Assembly: GCA_964187785.1 (NCBI GenBank)
Contig: OZ076409.1
Coordinates: forward strand, 3,102,001 to 3,166,000
Reading direction: 5' to 3'
DNA length: 64,000 bases
Origin: Amphiscolops sp. MND2022
Lineage: Eukaryota
Part shown: in pieces, positions 1-14,700 of the stretch
How positions within the stretch are numbered: the first letter of the stretch is position 1
Layout of the letters: each line of letters starts with the position of its first letter
Translations under genes and position numbers: made by a program
Notes under the pieces: generated by a model
Databases searched by the model: none
The model's input: the letters and a program-made list of their open reading frames with translations, nothing else
Told to the model about the DNA's origin: nothing

Positions 1-179
1 TTGATATTTGATCTTAACACTAACATTTTGCCTAATTTTTCCACATCAGGTGATTGGCTTCTTGGAACAAGCCCTCACATTTTGTGGTTATTAAGGTAAG
101 TTTGTTCCGACGAAAACAATGGCCGACTCTTTCGAGTTCAATATTCATATCTGTTGCATCTCGTTTCCCTATTTTGATT

Positions 180-2500
180 AGACTTGTAACACCGGCAAAT
201 AGCGCTGTATCAGGTTCTTTTCACATTTCTGGGAGATCATTTTTATACAAAAGGAATAAAATGGTCAAAGTACGGAGCCTTGGGGAACACTTGTTTTTAT
301 TCCTCGAAGATTAGAATTTCATCCATCCTTTTCGACTTCCTGGCATTGGCTTCTTAAAAAACTTTCCAGCAGTTCAAAGATTGGTCACCTTAACCATAAA
401 TTTTAGGTTTTTTCCATAACATTTGAATGGTCTAATTAATCAAATGTTTTTTTTCCAAATCGAAGAAACATGCTTGACTTGTTGATTTTTTTATCAATTG
501 CTTGCTGCATAAGTTCAGCGTTATGCTCAATGGCGTTTGTACAAGAGTGTTTCTGACGAAATCCGTTTTGAATTTACGACAAAATTTACAAAATTTTGCA
601 AAATTTGTTCATTACTCTCCGAAGGACTTTTTCAAACATTTCAATGAATGATGGCAAGAGACTAATCGGTCGGTAGTTTTTAGGATTCTTTTTTGAATAG
701 ATGAGCCTAATAAAACTTCAATACATAAAGCATAATAACAGGTGAGCAACATTCAAAAATTCCATTATAATTCAATCATATCCGTTGCTTTTCTTGTTTT
801 TTTTTTATCGATTTGATGCATTAAGATCTTTCATTAAGTGCAAATGGTTCTAGAACAAAAGTGTTCTCAAAGTACGTGTTCTGTATTTTTTATTAGATTC
901 GGTAATTCTAGATGATAGGATAGATTCCACTGATGTGAAAGGTTCATTCAGCAATTCTGGATCAAGTGCGACTAATCAAGGATGTCCTTCTTGTACGTGT
1001 CCTTTAAGTGTTCTGAAAAGTGTGTCGGGTCGACGGATTGTCCCAACGTTTTTCGAAGTTAAGATCTCTTTTCGCCTTCCTAATTAGAGATTTTACACTG
1101 TTTCGTGCCAATGTGTATGCCGATCAGTTTTCATCCGTGGGATTGTTGATTCATTGTTGTAATTTTTTGTTACGTTGCGCAATTGCGTTCTTGATGTTAT
1201 TTGTGATCCACTCAGTACCATGAGATTTATCATTACCAACTGTTTCCGGTGCAAATTTGCCAACGCGTTCCATAATGGTAATTGCAATTTTTTTCAAGAC
1301 TAATACACCCTCGTTCTTGATATTTTTGAGGTTCTGGTCTAAAAGAACCAAAATGTTCAAAACTTTTTCTTCTCTGATAATTCTCGCAGGATGGTTCTTT
1401 CCTATGTTTTTTTGAAAATTTATTGTTATGTCATCTAGCACTGTGTAGTGGTCACTAAATGAGGTATTGCCCGTCTCTATTGAAACCGAAAAACTGGTTA
1501 TAACGTGATCTAAACAAGTTGCAGAAGTTGGCGTCACTCTAGTTGATAGAATGTTCTGCTTTCTGTAAACAAAGGCAGTCGGACGCTTTTCATAGTCTTT
1601 CATTTCTTTACTCTCAACTATTCTAATGACATTAAAGTCTCCAAAAATCATCGAGTCATCCTTTAGACACCTTAGAAAATTAGGAAGTTTTTCCAAGTCA
1701 GGTAGGAAGTGTTTCATTATGACTTTGAGGGCGGTATATTACGCAGAATGTCCTGTTTTTACCAAATAAGTTTACTCGTCGAAACTTTGCTCGTATTCTT
1801 TTTTCAATTTCAGTTTCGAACTCTGTGGGCTCAAATTCAACTTTAACTCAATATGGAACGCAACACCAATTCTCCCCTATTTTGTTTTGCGTGCTTTCGA
1901 TAGAACCGGTTGTTTCTCTGGTAGTACTAATACTTTGAAAGCGTTTTTCGAAAGCCATGTTTCAGTTGTAGCAGTTACCGTCGGTTTGTTTTTGTAAGAC
2001 ACTATGTTGTTGAATATGATGTTTTTTTCAAGATTGTATTTTGATCCCCATCAAATAAACTTCTCTTTTTTCACTGTATTCGTTGCATGACTAGACTGAT
2101 GCTCACAAGACATCATACGAAAACAGAATTAGCTTTCACTAATATGAACCTTCTTTAAAGTTGAAGTTCCCAAGTCACGCCATGGCTCTCCAATGATACA
2201 ACAGCCGTGTTGTTGGATTCATAAGTTGAAATTTTAGCTTCTTTTTTCGGCGGCGTTTACCCTGACGCTGTATCACGGACAATAGGTCGATAAACTTTTC
2301 TTCGTTACCAGGTGAATCCGGATAAATTCTCTCTATTTCGGCTTTTCGTTTTATTGCCTGATCCGGGACCTAATTTTTGTTCTGTTTTTCTTCGGTTTCC
2401 CTGAAACAGGGGAGCACCCTTACATTGTGAAATATTAAATTTGTCTACACAATTTGTCGATATAACCGAGTCCACTTTTCTTCATTCGCATTCGCATTCA
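180..2500 (-). mobile_element. Degenerate non-LTR retrotransposon (CR1/L2-like LINE): endonuclease and RT remnants
   Basis: ORF 1151-1717 has APE-endonuclease motifs GDFN, CLDHV and SDH. Downstream on the minus strand are broken RT motifs (PISL..FEKVL near 620-670, GVPQGSVL near 266-292) with stops and frameshifts. Boundaries approximate. Confidence 0.8.
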
Positions 2501-3492
2501 CTTTCCCACTGACTTTGCCTTTTCTTGTTGATAGAAGGCAATTCTTACTCTTAGTATAAGAAAGCACATTTCTATCAGTATCAGTTATTCGCCCAAGTAT
2601 GAATAGCGCCCTCTCACTTTACTTTCTAGAAGTTTTGAGTTTACTTCTAACTTGCCAGACTGTTTTCTTTTTGATGGTCGTGTAAAAATCTAACAATAAT
2701 TGGCTTTACAAAACCTGGGTTTGGCAAAAAATGGCACGCTCCAACGTCCTGATGTTTCAAGGGTACTTGTAAGGTTTGTTGACCGGGTGTAAAACGGCGT
2801 CACTGTGACTAGAGAAATTGGATGTCGACATACCCAGAAAAATTAAACATCTTTTGACGAATAACGTTTCATGTTGTTTGTTTTTTCTTTCAACAGCTGA
2901 GCCTCATATAGTATCTTGTCGTTCTCATTTTCCAGAGATGAAATATAATCCTTTTGCTTATCGATGGTTTCGATTAGCCATGATAAGAAGTTTTTCAAGT
3001 ACTCAGGATGGATTTGAAATATCTATAGCGTTGAGTTTTTCCTGTTAAGACATTTTGGCTGTGTAAGAATAGAGTAACGATTACGTAATTCGGATAATTT
3101 CAATCACGCATTCAAGCAACTATTCAAAAGCATTCAATTCGTCGTTGTCTCGTTGCCGTTCAGTGAAAATATTCCCATTTTGGTTACGCAACTGTAACTT
3201 GCATCGAGTCGCAAAGAATTGTTTGTGGCAAAGAATCGTGGCAAAAAATTGTTTGTGACACGTATACTGTTTCTGATTGAAAGTATACAATATATGAAAA
3301 TTCTGTATGATAACCTGCTCCATTTTATCTTTGTGAAAACCTAATTTCATTCGCTTTTCACAGTGTAAACTCTGTTTTAAGTGTAATTCCACTGCTGTGA
3401 AAGTATTCAATCGACCGATTGCGCAGTCAGCCAATAGGGCCGTAGGCCAATTTACCTACCACCTATGTAGAAGCGTGAGTCTCAATAAATAC

Positions 3493-3678
3493 CTGGATTA
3501 CGTAATTTGGTCCCTCTCCCAAGTCTTCGTCAGCAGGTACAGTGACACCTTGTGGGTTGTCTGCAAACGAGGTGACTTTGCACTTGGTGTCAGAAGTATG
3601 GACAGGGTCGGGCGAGATAAACAGACAAGTTATCAACAAAGTTATCACAAACGGATTCCCAAAAAGGTCATTCGCCAT
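3493..3678 (-). CDS. Probable first coding exon of a secreted/membrane host protein; remaining exons not identified
   Basis: ATG, then a hydrophobic signal-like stretch (PFVITLLITCLFIS), ending at a CAG|GTATTT donor in phase 0 (62 codons). Confidence 0.4.
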
Positions 3679-4879
3679 GGTGGATACGCGGTGACAATAC
3701 TGTCATCAATTAAGTGTAATTAGAACAGTCAGGATAAGTTCAGATCAGAAACGAAGAACGATGAAGGAATGAAGGAATGAACTTGCATCAAATCTGTTTT
3801 TTTTAACTAAGAAAAACATCATTACCTAAATTTCAAAAATTCAGGCATAAATGTATCTCAAGTTTGCTTTCAACTTTACTGGACTCCGTTTTAAATGAAA
3901 TGAGATATCCATTAAATACTTACTCTAACAAATCGATCAACTGAGATTTTACAGTTTAGGCCAAAAAGTCAATTAAATTTGAAGCTGTTAAAAAATTGAC
4001 CAATATTTCAGAAGTGCTTGAATTTTGATTTTCGTTTAGCCCTTCATCGTTCTTCTCTTACCAATTTGGAATTACATTTTAAGAACAATGCGTCTTTCTG
4101 TTCTCGAAAAATTAGGTAAAAATGGTGGTGGTATGTCATAAATTAATTCGCGTGAATGAGCAAAATGAGAAGTGAAAGAATGAAATCCAATGCTAAACAC
4201 CTGCTATTGTATGAAAGTGATGCTTGTTCGAAGATGAATCAAAACATCATTGTTGAACCACTTTCTAATCATTTTGGTAAGAAGGCGTTAAAAAAGAGGG
4301 AAAATTAAACAACGCTTATGTAATCGAATTTCCTTTAAAGAATTTAAAATCTTGAACCTAGATTCTGTGATAATAAAACTAGAAGCTCTAGAAGAGAAAA
4401 AAGGAATGTCCAAAATATGATCCATATTCGTTGCCATTTCATTACAGCTGTCATTCATTCCATGTTTAGAGGCTTACAGCTTTTCCAGTTCAAATTTTGA
4501 ATATCAAATATCATGCAATAGTGATTGTTGGGTTTGAGGCCGGAATATTTAATCGAAAATCACCTGATATCAGACTACAGATCTTGGAAAGACTAATTTG
4601 GAATAGTTTCAAACACTGTTTCATAAGCCAGCAACTGGATCTATTTCCAATTTTGAGCCACCAAAATACATATCAAATTTGAGCATCAGAATGAGACTTT
4701 AGTTTATTTAGACAATTCAATTTTGACATTTTTCTCAGCGAAGTCATTCTTTTGAGTCGATTATGCTTTCATTTTTGCAATTTTAGGTCCAATGGAATCA
4801 AGATACTATGAACATTTTAAAAAGTTTAAATTTCCTTTCTTTTCAAAACTACCTTTGCTTGCTGAATGGAGACAACAAC

Positions 4880-5405
4880 AAAGCCGGGAACGGCCAAAGT
4901 CGGCGCTATATCTAAGGCACAAAATGGTAAAAAAGGTACCCTTTGGGCTTTGTGAAATGTTAAAAAAAACAGAGGGACCCTTGGGAGATTTTTGAAAATT
5001 CCCGATAAATATTTTCAAAATGAGATTTTTTTAACAGTGTCACAGTGCCCAAAAATGTAAAAGAGGGTCACTTTGAGACTTTTTGACATCCATCGTGTTT
5101 CAAAAAATCGAAACAAGCGAAGGGAGACCCTTTGGGGCAATCCAAAAAAGTTCAAAAAAAGTCGCATAGTGCCGAAAAAAATGCGAGTGAAAAACACCAA
5201 AGAGGGATCCGTAGTATCTTTTCGAGGTTCTGGACGTCGATGTTCGTGTTTTGGACGAGGTTCTGCCGTTTCGAGTATGTTTTAGACGTCCGTAGTTCAA
5301 GTTGACGTTGTTGAAAAAATAAACAAAAAAGTGGAGCTTACCCGTCTAAAACTACCCGCTGTAATAGTCGGGCTCCTTTTCTACTAAAATGCGTCGACCA
5401 AAAAC
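4880..5405 (+). mobile_element. Non-autonomous DNA element, family A (Helentron/DINE-like), copy 1
   Basis: Conserved left end AAGCCGGGAACGGCCAAAGTCGGCGCTATATCTAAGGC and right end CTACTAAAATGCG(C/T)CGAC, shared with at least five other copies in the window. Confidence 0.7.
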
Positions 5406-8400
5406 AATTGAAACTGAACGAGTTCAACAAAAGGTTTACAAACATTTGGAACAAATCTACTGAAGTTGGATGACGGATAGACATTCAGTCGAGGATTATG
5501 AAAATTCATCATAAACCTTCACATGCAAAGTTTTTTTACAAGTTTATACAGGTAAATGTGTGTTACGACAAGCATTAGCATAGCTTGCTTGCGACAGTAG
5601 ATGTAGAAACTAGCCTACAAAATGCATACGTCCGGGACTAGAACGTTTCGCAAACCAGCTCAGTTTCCTCCTAGGAAGGCCGGTCCGAGAAGGGGGAACA
5701 GTTTTAAAGGACGCTCTCTGGCCTGAATCCAGTCTGTTACTGCAACTAGGTACGGGCATTATGCTTTTTCTCATAACCACCTCTGAAATAGCGTTTGAAA
5801 ATTGGGTTGCTGAATTTCTGAATTCAATCCTAGAAAATTGAAAATCCGGGAAATTTCTCGAGCATATTATTCTAAACATGAAACAAATACCAAATAATAC
5901 ATCAAATTACGATAACGCAGTCCATTCAGAAGACAATGTCGTCTGCACACCCAGCGCGCGAGCTGGACACACCTCCATGGCATCGGCAAATTGTTTAAGC
6001 TGCAATCATGGTCAGATGTTTTCGTTACCAAAAGTGACGATAATCTATTTCATGGCAAATTACTGTGATTTGACACGACACGTATTTCTAGCTGTTTATT
6101 TCGTCTCTCTCGCATGTCGTCTCGTGGGGCGGCTCTTTTTTGTCTTGCATTGCTTTTTCGCTGACAGGCATTTGAACGAACATGCTCACAGTGCCACGTC
6201 AAAATTGACGATTTTTGGTTACCCGTCAAAATTTCCATTTGTCGACAGTTACAGTGTCATCCACATCATACACCTCCGCTAACACTCGTTTCCATTTATT
6301 AGAGATTACAAGTTACCGACACCCAAAAAAGAACAGCAGTTCTGCTGAGTCCGACAGACTGTTTCTTCAAATTGGCTCAACAGAATATTCCACACAAAAC
6401 CCTTGACTGCTTGAGCTTAAAAATGATGTTCATTATAAATTTTCCACGCATAAATGGGTTTTGAATGAAGCGCAAGAAAAAGGATTCGTTCATCAACTGT
6501 TTTTCCTTCTTTTTATTTTTCGCTCATATTTGATAAAAGCTTCCAACAACGAACAAATGCGGTATCAAGCGAGCTCTCTGGAAACATTGAGTTCCTAGTG
6601 GGTAAGTGCTTCTAAATGACTTCGAATTAGTCGAAAGTATCAAAACGTTTGTCAAATTCAGGGAGTTTTCATTCAAATTAGAAAACATTGGTGAATTGAA
6701 AGATTCAGTTATATTCAGACAAATAACTTGGTGTAGACACTGCTCGCAGTTTTTATTTTAGAACATTACTTCAGAAAGACGCAAAAATTCAAGAAAAAAC
6801 TCAATATTCTCTTGTTTTTGATAGGTTCATGCAGATTTTGTCAAGCTTTCGGGATTTTGATGGCATACAGTAGTGTAGAGCTTCACCAACGAATAAGACA
6901 GGTATACAGTAGGCGTTTCTGAATGCAACTTATAAAACAACTTATTGTCAAAAAAGAACGCACGCCAAAAACAAAACTGCGACAAGAAACCTCGTTTTTG
7001 ACAAACTAGTGGCACTTTTGTTCACTTTACGAAATCTTCGAAGAACAGAACTTCCGTTGAAACTTGAAGCTACCAGTACGGGTTTCGAAACGAAATTTCA
7101 CAACTGCGAAAAAAAAGAAACTGTACAGATTTCGAAAACTTTGTCGAAAACGTAATTTTTTTTTGTTTTCGACATTTTTATAGAAATTTTATTTTCCGTT
7201 ATGCCCCAAACGACATAACTACCTACGCAGTATGCCTTTCAAAGGAACAATTTATAAATTTCCAAGTAGCAAAAACTCAGAATGAACGCCAAAAAGTTTT
7301 AACGTTATCATGCAATTTTCGTACAATTTTCGAGCTATTTAAATGGTGTAAACATTCAATAATGACTGAATCCAGTATCCAGTAGGCATTTTGGAAGAGA
7401 TATGAGCAGTTTCTTACAAGAAAAGCGCGTCAAAATTACTAAAAGGAGTCGAAAATATCAAATTATTCCAATTTTTGAAATTTTTCGCAAGTTTTTGACC
7501 AAACATCTAAAAATTTGGTAAGTTAGGTTAGGTATTGTCATTTACTTTGTTAAACAACGAAACAATTCAGTACTTAGTATATTCTCGAATCAACTGTTTC
7601 CTTTAAAAATGGGATAAGATGAATCGAAAAATGCCAAAACTTTCATTCCTCCAAACTTATATGCATTTTCATAGTGCATTTGCTACTCTTGAGCCTCAAG
7701 TTTATGTCCTTGTAGAACAGTTTGTGGCGGAAAATATTTTAACTGAAAACATAGTTCTTAAGTAGCAACAGAAATGTTTTGAACAGGTGGGTTGTCAAAG
7801 TAAATTCATTAATCATTGGTCACCTTTTTCATTCTGTCACTTTTGTATGTGAGATGTTTCAAGTGACTGATTTATGAATTGTTCATGACACTTCTGTCAT
7901 CATGCATGAATACACTTTTTATTCAATTGCGAGAGATTCAATTGTCTTTTTATATGACACCTCAAATTGGTCGCTCACTGCGCAAGTTTGAAAAAAAATC
8001 TATTCGTTTTTATTTCCATAACTTTTCTAAATTAGTTGAAATTTTAATTCAGTTCTATACAGTTTTTAAGATTACAAAAAATCGAGTGGGCAAAAAATAC
8101 TTTTGAACAAATTTTGAAGGAATCTTTCAATAATCTTTAATGTTTTAATTAGAACATAATTATGAAAATCAAAGAAAGTTTGAAACTTTGAAGCCGAAAG
8201 CGACGTTTTGTCATGAACAATTCAATAAATGCACTTTCATTCAAAAGCGTTCTTCACGGATTCTCTTTGAGAGTATACGTTTTTGTATAGACGAAAGCAC
8301 TCAACACAGATTTTTTCAGTCAGTGTACAAAAATTGTTTAGTTGTTCATTGCTTGCTAGTAGCTAGCTCGACACGCTTTTTATAAGAGACAGTGAGTGAG

Positions 8401-9515
8401 CTTTAGCTTAGATTCCAATCATTATTAATCATACTTTTACTGTTTACAATATTATCTGTTTATAACTAAATTCAGGTATCTCTCTATACCCTGGGTTGAC
8501 CAATATAATAATCTTTTCCACTGTATACTTCAATTTCGACATTTTAATATTATTACACAAGGTAGCAGTATTTTATTTTCAACGTATTTTTGTATAGTGA
8601 TGAAATTCCCAGTTCACATTTTCCCCTGAAAACTAACAAAGGAAACGTACACTTATGATTTTAATTCAAAATGGGAAAAAATACGTTGAAAACGAACCAA
8701 TACTCTCAACCGAGTTGGGACAAAAAAGTAAACAATGGAGAAATTAGTTTCCAGCTTTTTGAAAAATTAACTCATTGGATTTCATTTTAGGCAGCCATTT
8801 CAAATCCAACATAGATCCTTATGGCTCATTAGCCGCATTTCGCCGAGAAGAGCCAAGTATGTGATAATTTAGGCATTTCAACAAAACCAATCGAGTTTTT
8901 GTTCGAATGAAATTACTGATGTTGATCAACATTTCCCCGTAAAAAGAGGCGGAATTTACGAAAAATGATCTAAGAAACTTTCAGAAAGCAATTGCATATT
9001 ACTTGTTATTACTTGTGGAATCAAATTCATAACATTATACTTATTTTGAATAAACATTTTTGGTACAAATTATCATATCCTCTTTTACTTTTACCATTTG
9101 AACTGCGAGTTTCATATCACAAATTTAGGGAAACATTCCTTTTCCAGAGATGTTTTATGCAAAGAAATTGTAAAATTAAGTGAATGCATGAATTTTCATT
9201 TATGATCATTCTTCTTGAATCATGGATATTTTTGCATGATCATGGAAGGATTCATGGCAAACTCATGAGTCATGGACGAAAAGTCATGATCTGTAAACCC
9301 GAGTGCCTAGTATCTATTAGTCATGCTTGCGGTCTTTCGAGTGCTTAACCTCTGCTAATTGGAACTTTGACCGAACGATTCCGCCGTTTGCGTTTATTAT
9401 TTTCCGCCCACATAAATGGGGGAGGAAAATCATGATCTGTGATGCGTGTTTTTACCAATTCTGCCAAAACTCCACTTCATCTCCACTCCGTTTATGCACT
9501 TAGTTACTTCAATTA

Positions 9516-9640
9516 TGGTGGCTCAGTCAGGTTGTAGGTCCTGTGGTGGTCAGTTGTAAGTCCTGGGTTCGAACCCGGGCTGGTGCTTGAATTTTTTTGT
9601 TTCCCAGCCAGTAGGTCGTGGGTTCGAACCTCTCCTTCGC
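9516..9640 (+). mobile_element. tRNA-derived SINE-like sequence (Pol III A box and two B boxes)
   Basis: TGGCTCAGTCAGG A-box-like motif and GGTTCGAACC twice. No clean cloverleaf. The upstream segment 9395-9445 recurs at 12020-12072. Confidence 0.5.
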
Positions 9641-11727
9641 CATTCTTTTTTTGCAATAGGCGTGTCGCGGAAAATGTGTGCTTAGCGGGCATCTTGTTGA
9701 GGTTTTAAAAAGTTTGGTACTGCCTAGTCGAAATGCAATATTGGAATTGTAACACTTTGAAGGATCGTTGATTTCGCTCAACCATCCACGTTGCTTGGAT
9801 ATTCCATGAGTTGGATACCCTTAACAAGACTCATGGCATGGCGCAACATGAAATCATGTATGGATCGAAACCCACGGACGGACAACTTTGGTATACAAAG
9901 ATGGCAACAATAGTTTCATTGATTTAACGTGTTTCAAAAATATTTCGTGACACGCCTACCCTAGTCGAGATTGCTTGAACTTATTACACGCTGCATAGAA
10001 ACATGCAGACTAATTTTTAACAAAACATAGAAAATTCAAGAAGAATACATAGCAACATTTTATAGGATTACAATGCAGCTTCCACTATTTGAATGAAAAC
10101 TGAAAACATTTCCACTTTTTCACCGCCGTGATCACTTTGTTTTCACGCGTAAGCCTTAGCGTTTTCAGTTTCTCAAGTAAGTACCTTATGTACCTTATCC
10201 CGGGTTTTCTGACCATTTTGATCATACTATGACCAAAATGGTACCATACAAATCATACAAATATTTTTCTATGATCTGACCATGATCAATCTGGAATCAT
10301 AAATTATTCAGAGTATGGTCAGTCTGGAACCATATACTTCTATATTCCAGTCTGAAACCATAAATGGCCTAGTCTTGAATCATAAATGGGCCAGACTATG
10401 ATCAATTTGAAGTCATAAGTTTTTGTTGCCCACGCGGGATGCCGTGACACGCAATTTAGAGAAAATTTTTCAGATATTGGCATTCGCCAGCTTAATAGGT
10501 TAAATGCAGAACTGGCAATAGAGCCACGTTTGACCTTTTATATCTTATAACGATGCATTGCAGGTGGCAACTCCGTAAACATTTCAGCGAAGTTAACGAC
10601 AAATTATAACGACACAAATTGTTCTCTTCCGCTCCTTAGTTAATCAGTAGTACTTTTGTTACAGCAGTAGTTTTTGTTAGTGTAATCTCTGTTTCTTTTG
10701 AGAACAATTACGAATAATGCAGCAAAAGCTGCCAAACGTTGATTGCTGCCTTATTTTCAGTTTTGTGATTGTCCTGGCACTTCGGTTGAGAAATATGTGG
10801 TAATTTCATCAGTGTATGCGTTAATTGACTACGTTATGCTAATTTTCTATTTATGGCTCCAGGCTGACCATACTCTGAACAATATATCGTCAAGCCTATG
10901 ATGAGCCTGTAATGTTCGATGAAATCATGCTGATCAAAATATGGACCATATATGGAAACAGGTTAATCATAGACTCAACCATGTATGGTCCAGAGTATGG
11001 TCAGCCTGGAATCGACCTTTCTGTATTATGGCAGAGTATGATTAACCTGTTTTTGTATGGGAAGGAAACCCGTATGGGATGCACTAGTGTTAACATCAGA
11101 TTTTTAAGTTTGCAGATCTAAAACATCGGAAGGACGCCAAAAGTGTTTGTTTTCATCACTGAGTGTTAAAACAATCCTGGGTAGTTATACTCTGTTTGCA
11201 AATATTCGCTTCAAAGGTTTATTCCTTTTTTGTACAATATTTTCATGCTGTTCGAAACATCGGTTTTTTATATTTCTACAAAAGACTTTCAATCTGAAAA
11301 AAAAAGCAATCAAGTCAAGATACCCAATGTTTTAAACTGGTTGATTAAATGTATTTTTTTGAATCAGAGAAACTTTGTGTCATAGTTTTTGTATAGAAAT
11401 TTGAGATTTTGTAAAAGACAGACCCCTTATCAAATGAAAAATTCAAGGATCACCTAAATCAACAGGGAAAATGGAGACTATGTCAGATATTGGCTAGAGT
11501 TTCTTTTCAGCAGTTTCAATAGTAAAACGCCTAAATGCCAAAAGGCAAATGACTTTCATATAAATTACCCTCAAAATGTTTCTAAACTGTGCATTATCGT
11601 GTTTACATACCCATCCTATTGGTCAACCCGTCCGGTGCTTTATATGGTATCTGTGGTGTGGTAGCCGGTTGTCTGGAGTCTATCTGTATCAGTGTCAGGC
11701 ATCCAGAGTAGCAACAGTTCTAGCAGA

Positions 11728-14700
11728 ATGGCCACAGGGGTGGTGTTGGAGAAGCCAGGGCATCTGGACATGGGCTACCAGAAGATGTCTCAGGTGGAGC
11801 TGGAAATGCTCACCAACCGGCTGCTGAGACCCCCCAAGGTTAACAAGACAACCCCCCTTCAAGACCCTAGTTGAAAAAAAATCACATATGTGCAAGATAT
11901 TTTTTGCAAAATTCTTGCAAAATTTTGTAAGATCCTGTACGAAAATGCAATATTTGACACTAAAATATCATGGGTTCCCAACAAGGCGTACATGGAGGGT
12001 AGATGACATGGTCCTCATTATTGTTATTTTCCGCCCACATAAATGAGGCAGGAAAATCATCATCTGTGATGCAGTTTTTTTTTTACAAATTTTGCCAAAA
12101 ATCGAACCCGGACTGAAGCGTTACATTTTTAGCGGAAAATATCCCGGTGCTTAACTGGCTTCTTGTTATAAAATATCCTTTCAAAAAACTTTTCTTCTTT
12201 CCAGCTGAGTGCAGCCGAGAGGCAGGAGAAGAGGAGGAAGATGAAGTTCGCACGAGACCTGTCGCCCGAGTGGGAGTACGAAGCCCCCCACGCAAACAGA
12301 CCCATGACCACCAAGGAGAGGAGTGACGTCACTGAACGGGTATCCAGGCCCATCACCAGGTCAAAATCCAGTGTCACCAGGTCAGTGACCTCCACACGGA
12401 CTGTTAAGGTCAAAAGGTCAAAAGGTCAACCAAAACCAACACACTGTTAAGGTCAAAAGGTCAACCAAAACCAACCCACTGCTAAGGTCAAAAGGTCAAC
12501 CAAAACCAACATACTGTTAAGGTCAAAAGGTCAACCGAAACCAACACACACAGTGTCAAGGTCAAAAGGTCAACCAAAACCAACGCACTGTTAAGGTCAA
12601 AAGTTCAAATGGTCAAAAGAACCATTCCAATTTCACCTTTGAAGGCGCAGAGACTTAGGAGTCAGAAATTTTGACAGGAAAAATATGGCACGTTTTTCAT
12701 GTTTTTTTTCTCTCAACACGAAAAAATGAAGCGGGAACGGCGCCCAGCTTAACGCTCAAAAATAGCAAAAGTGCCTCAAAGTTTCCAGGAATCACCAGAA
12801 GCATCCAAAAAACCAAGCATCTCATTTTCAGTTACAGAAAAGTGTTTTTTGAGCCCAAAGGGCGCCGTTCGGTCATTTTTCGGAACTCTGAGATTTGATT
12901 TTAAAGAATTTTTCCTCAAAACCACTCAGCTCACTGGAAAGACTTTGGGCGTTTTGTTAAGTTTTCGTTTCGCATACCTAACCACATTGCAATCTAATCT
13001 AACTAAACTATGGTAAGTGATAGATAATTTGATAAGTTTCAGCTGAGGTTAACTTCATCAACTTTCTACTGAGAACTGAATTATTCATACATACGGTTCT
13101 GCAAAACACAATAAATCCAACGAATAAACAAAAGAATAGTGCTTCCCAAAAATTACAAAACAATTCTTGATATAAATGATATACATATAAATGATACCAT
13201 AATTTCTAAACCGATTGCAGCTCCCATTTTTGGGCCAAAGTGTCAGTCGTGGCGCATTCTTGAGCAACAAGCTTGGCTGCTGATTCCGTTTTTTCCACCG
13301 AGAGACATTTGTTGAAATGTTTGTTGATCAACTGATTCTTGTCTCTGATGTAATCCCATTGAGTAGCAGGTGATATTGTTACGTCATCACAATAGGTCAT
13401 GGGTGCAATAGTGACACCATCTGACGCAACTTCCAGACACTTTCGCAGATTTGATTGGAGTTGCAGCCTGTCTTTTCTAAACATTCCATGATGAGAGTAT
13501 GTTATAGTTGAAAACAAAATGAAAATCTTGCGAAAATCTTGCAAGATGTCTTACAAGATTCTTGCAAGACAGTGCATTTTTCTGCCAGGTTTCTTACAAG
13601 ATTCTTGCAAGACAGTGCATTTTCCTAGCAGGTTTCTTACAAAATTCTTGCAAGACAGTGCATTTTTCTGCCAGGTTTCTTACAAGATTCTTGCAAGACA
13701 GTGCATTTTTCTGCCAGGTTTCTTACAAGATTCTTGCAAGACAGTGCCTTTTTCTGCCAGGTTTCTTGCAAGATTCTTGCAAGACAGTGCATTTTTCTGT
13801 CAGGTTTCTTACAAGATCCTTTCAAGACAGTGCATTTTTTCTGCCAGGTTTCTTGCAAGATTCTTGCGAGATATGCAATTTCTAGATTGTTGTGTTCAGC
13901 ATCTTCCAAAAAGTCCTCGTAGCATGCTTCAACCTCGTGCCTTTGAAGTTCTAGTTTGACAGAAAGACAACCGTATGGCAATTTTTTGGAAGATCGAACG
14001 AAAAATTATGTCTTCAACGCTAGTTTGTGTTTGAGTAAAATATACTGATTACTGTTTAGCTTCTCCATGACACGTTTGACGCTGAAAAAGCTGATGGGGA
14101 AAACAATATCATATTCCTTTCTAAGAGCTGAAAGAATCTTGCTAATAATTGTAAATTTACAGCAAACAATAGAAAGACTTGTCAATTTTTTCGAGAGTCA
14201 CCAAATAACAATCAATTCGAACAAAACAGAATATATTTGTTTTTGTAAACCATCCAAAACATCAACAACTGTGGAATATTTAGGTGTTTATCTGGATCAG
14301 AATTTGGATTTTCAAGATGAAGTGAAAAACATTCTACGGAAAATGGCTATCAGCATCAAAACATTATAACCTATACGCGATACTTTTCCAACTGCGACAC
14401 GATTATTATTACTCAATGCCTTAGTTTTAAGTCACCTACAATATTCTGCTATCCTATTAACTGGTATCAGTGAAAACTTGATTACAACTCTCAAAAAACA
14501 ATTGAATTGGGGAATTAAAGCCTGTTTCATTAGAACTAATATTGACCATTCAACAGATCTCAAAATTCGACATAAAATTCTTCCTGTTTGACATTATTTA
14601 GATTACAAATGCCTTTTATACCTTTGGAAATATAAAAACAGCTTAATTCCAGCTTTTAATAGAAAACTACACTAGCCGACTGCTAAGACAAAGATTCACA

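Noticed and set aside
9516..9590. Functional tRNA gene
   Set aside because: A and B boxes are present, but there is no convincing acceptor or anticodon stem and the B box is duplicated; better explained as SINE-like.
13519..13981. Overlapping repetitive ORFs
   Set aside because: Artefacts of the 43-bp tandem repeat.
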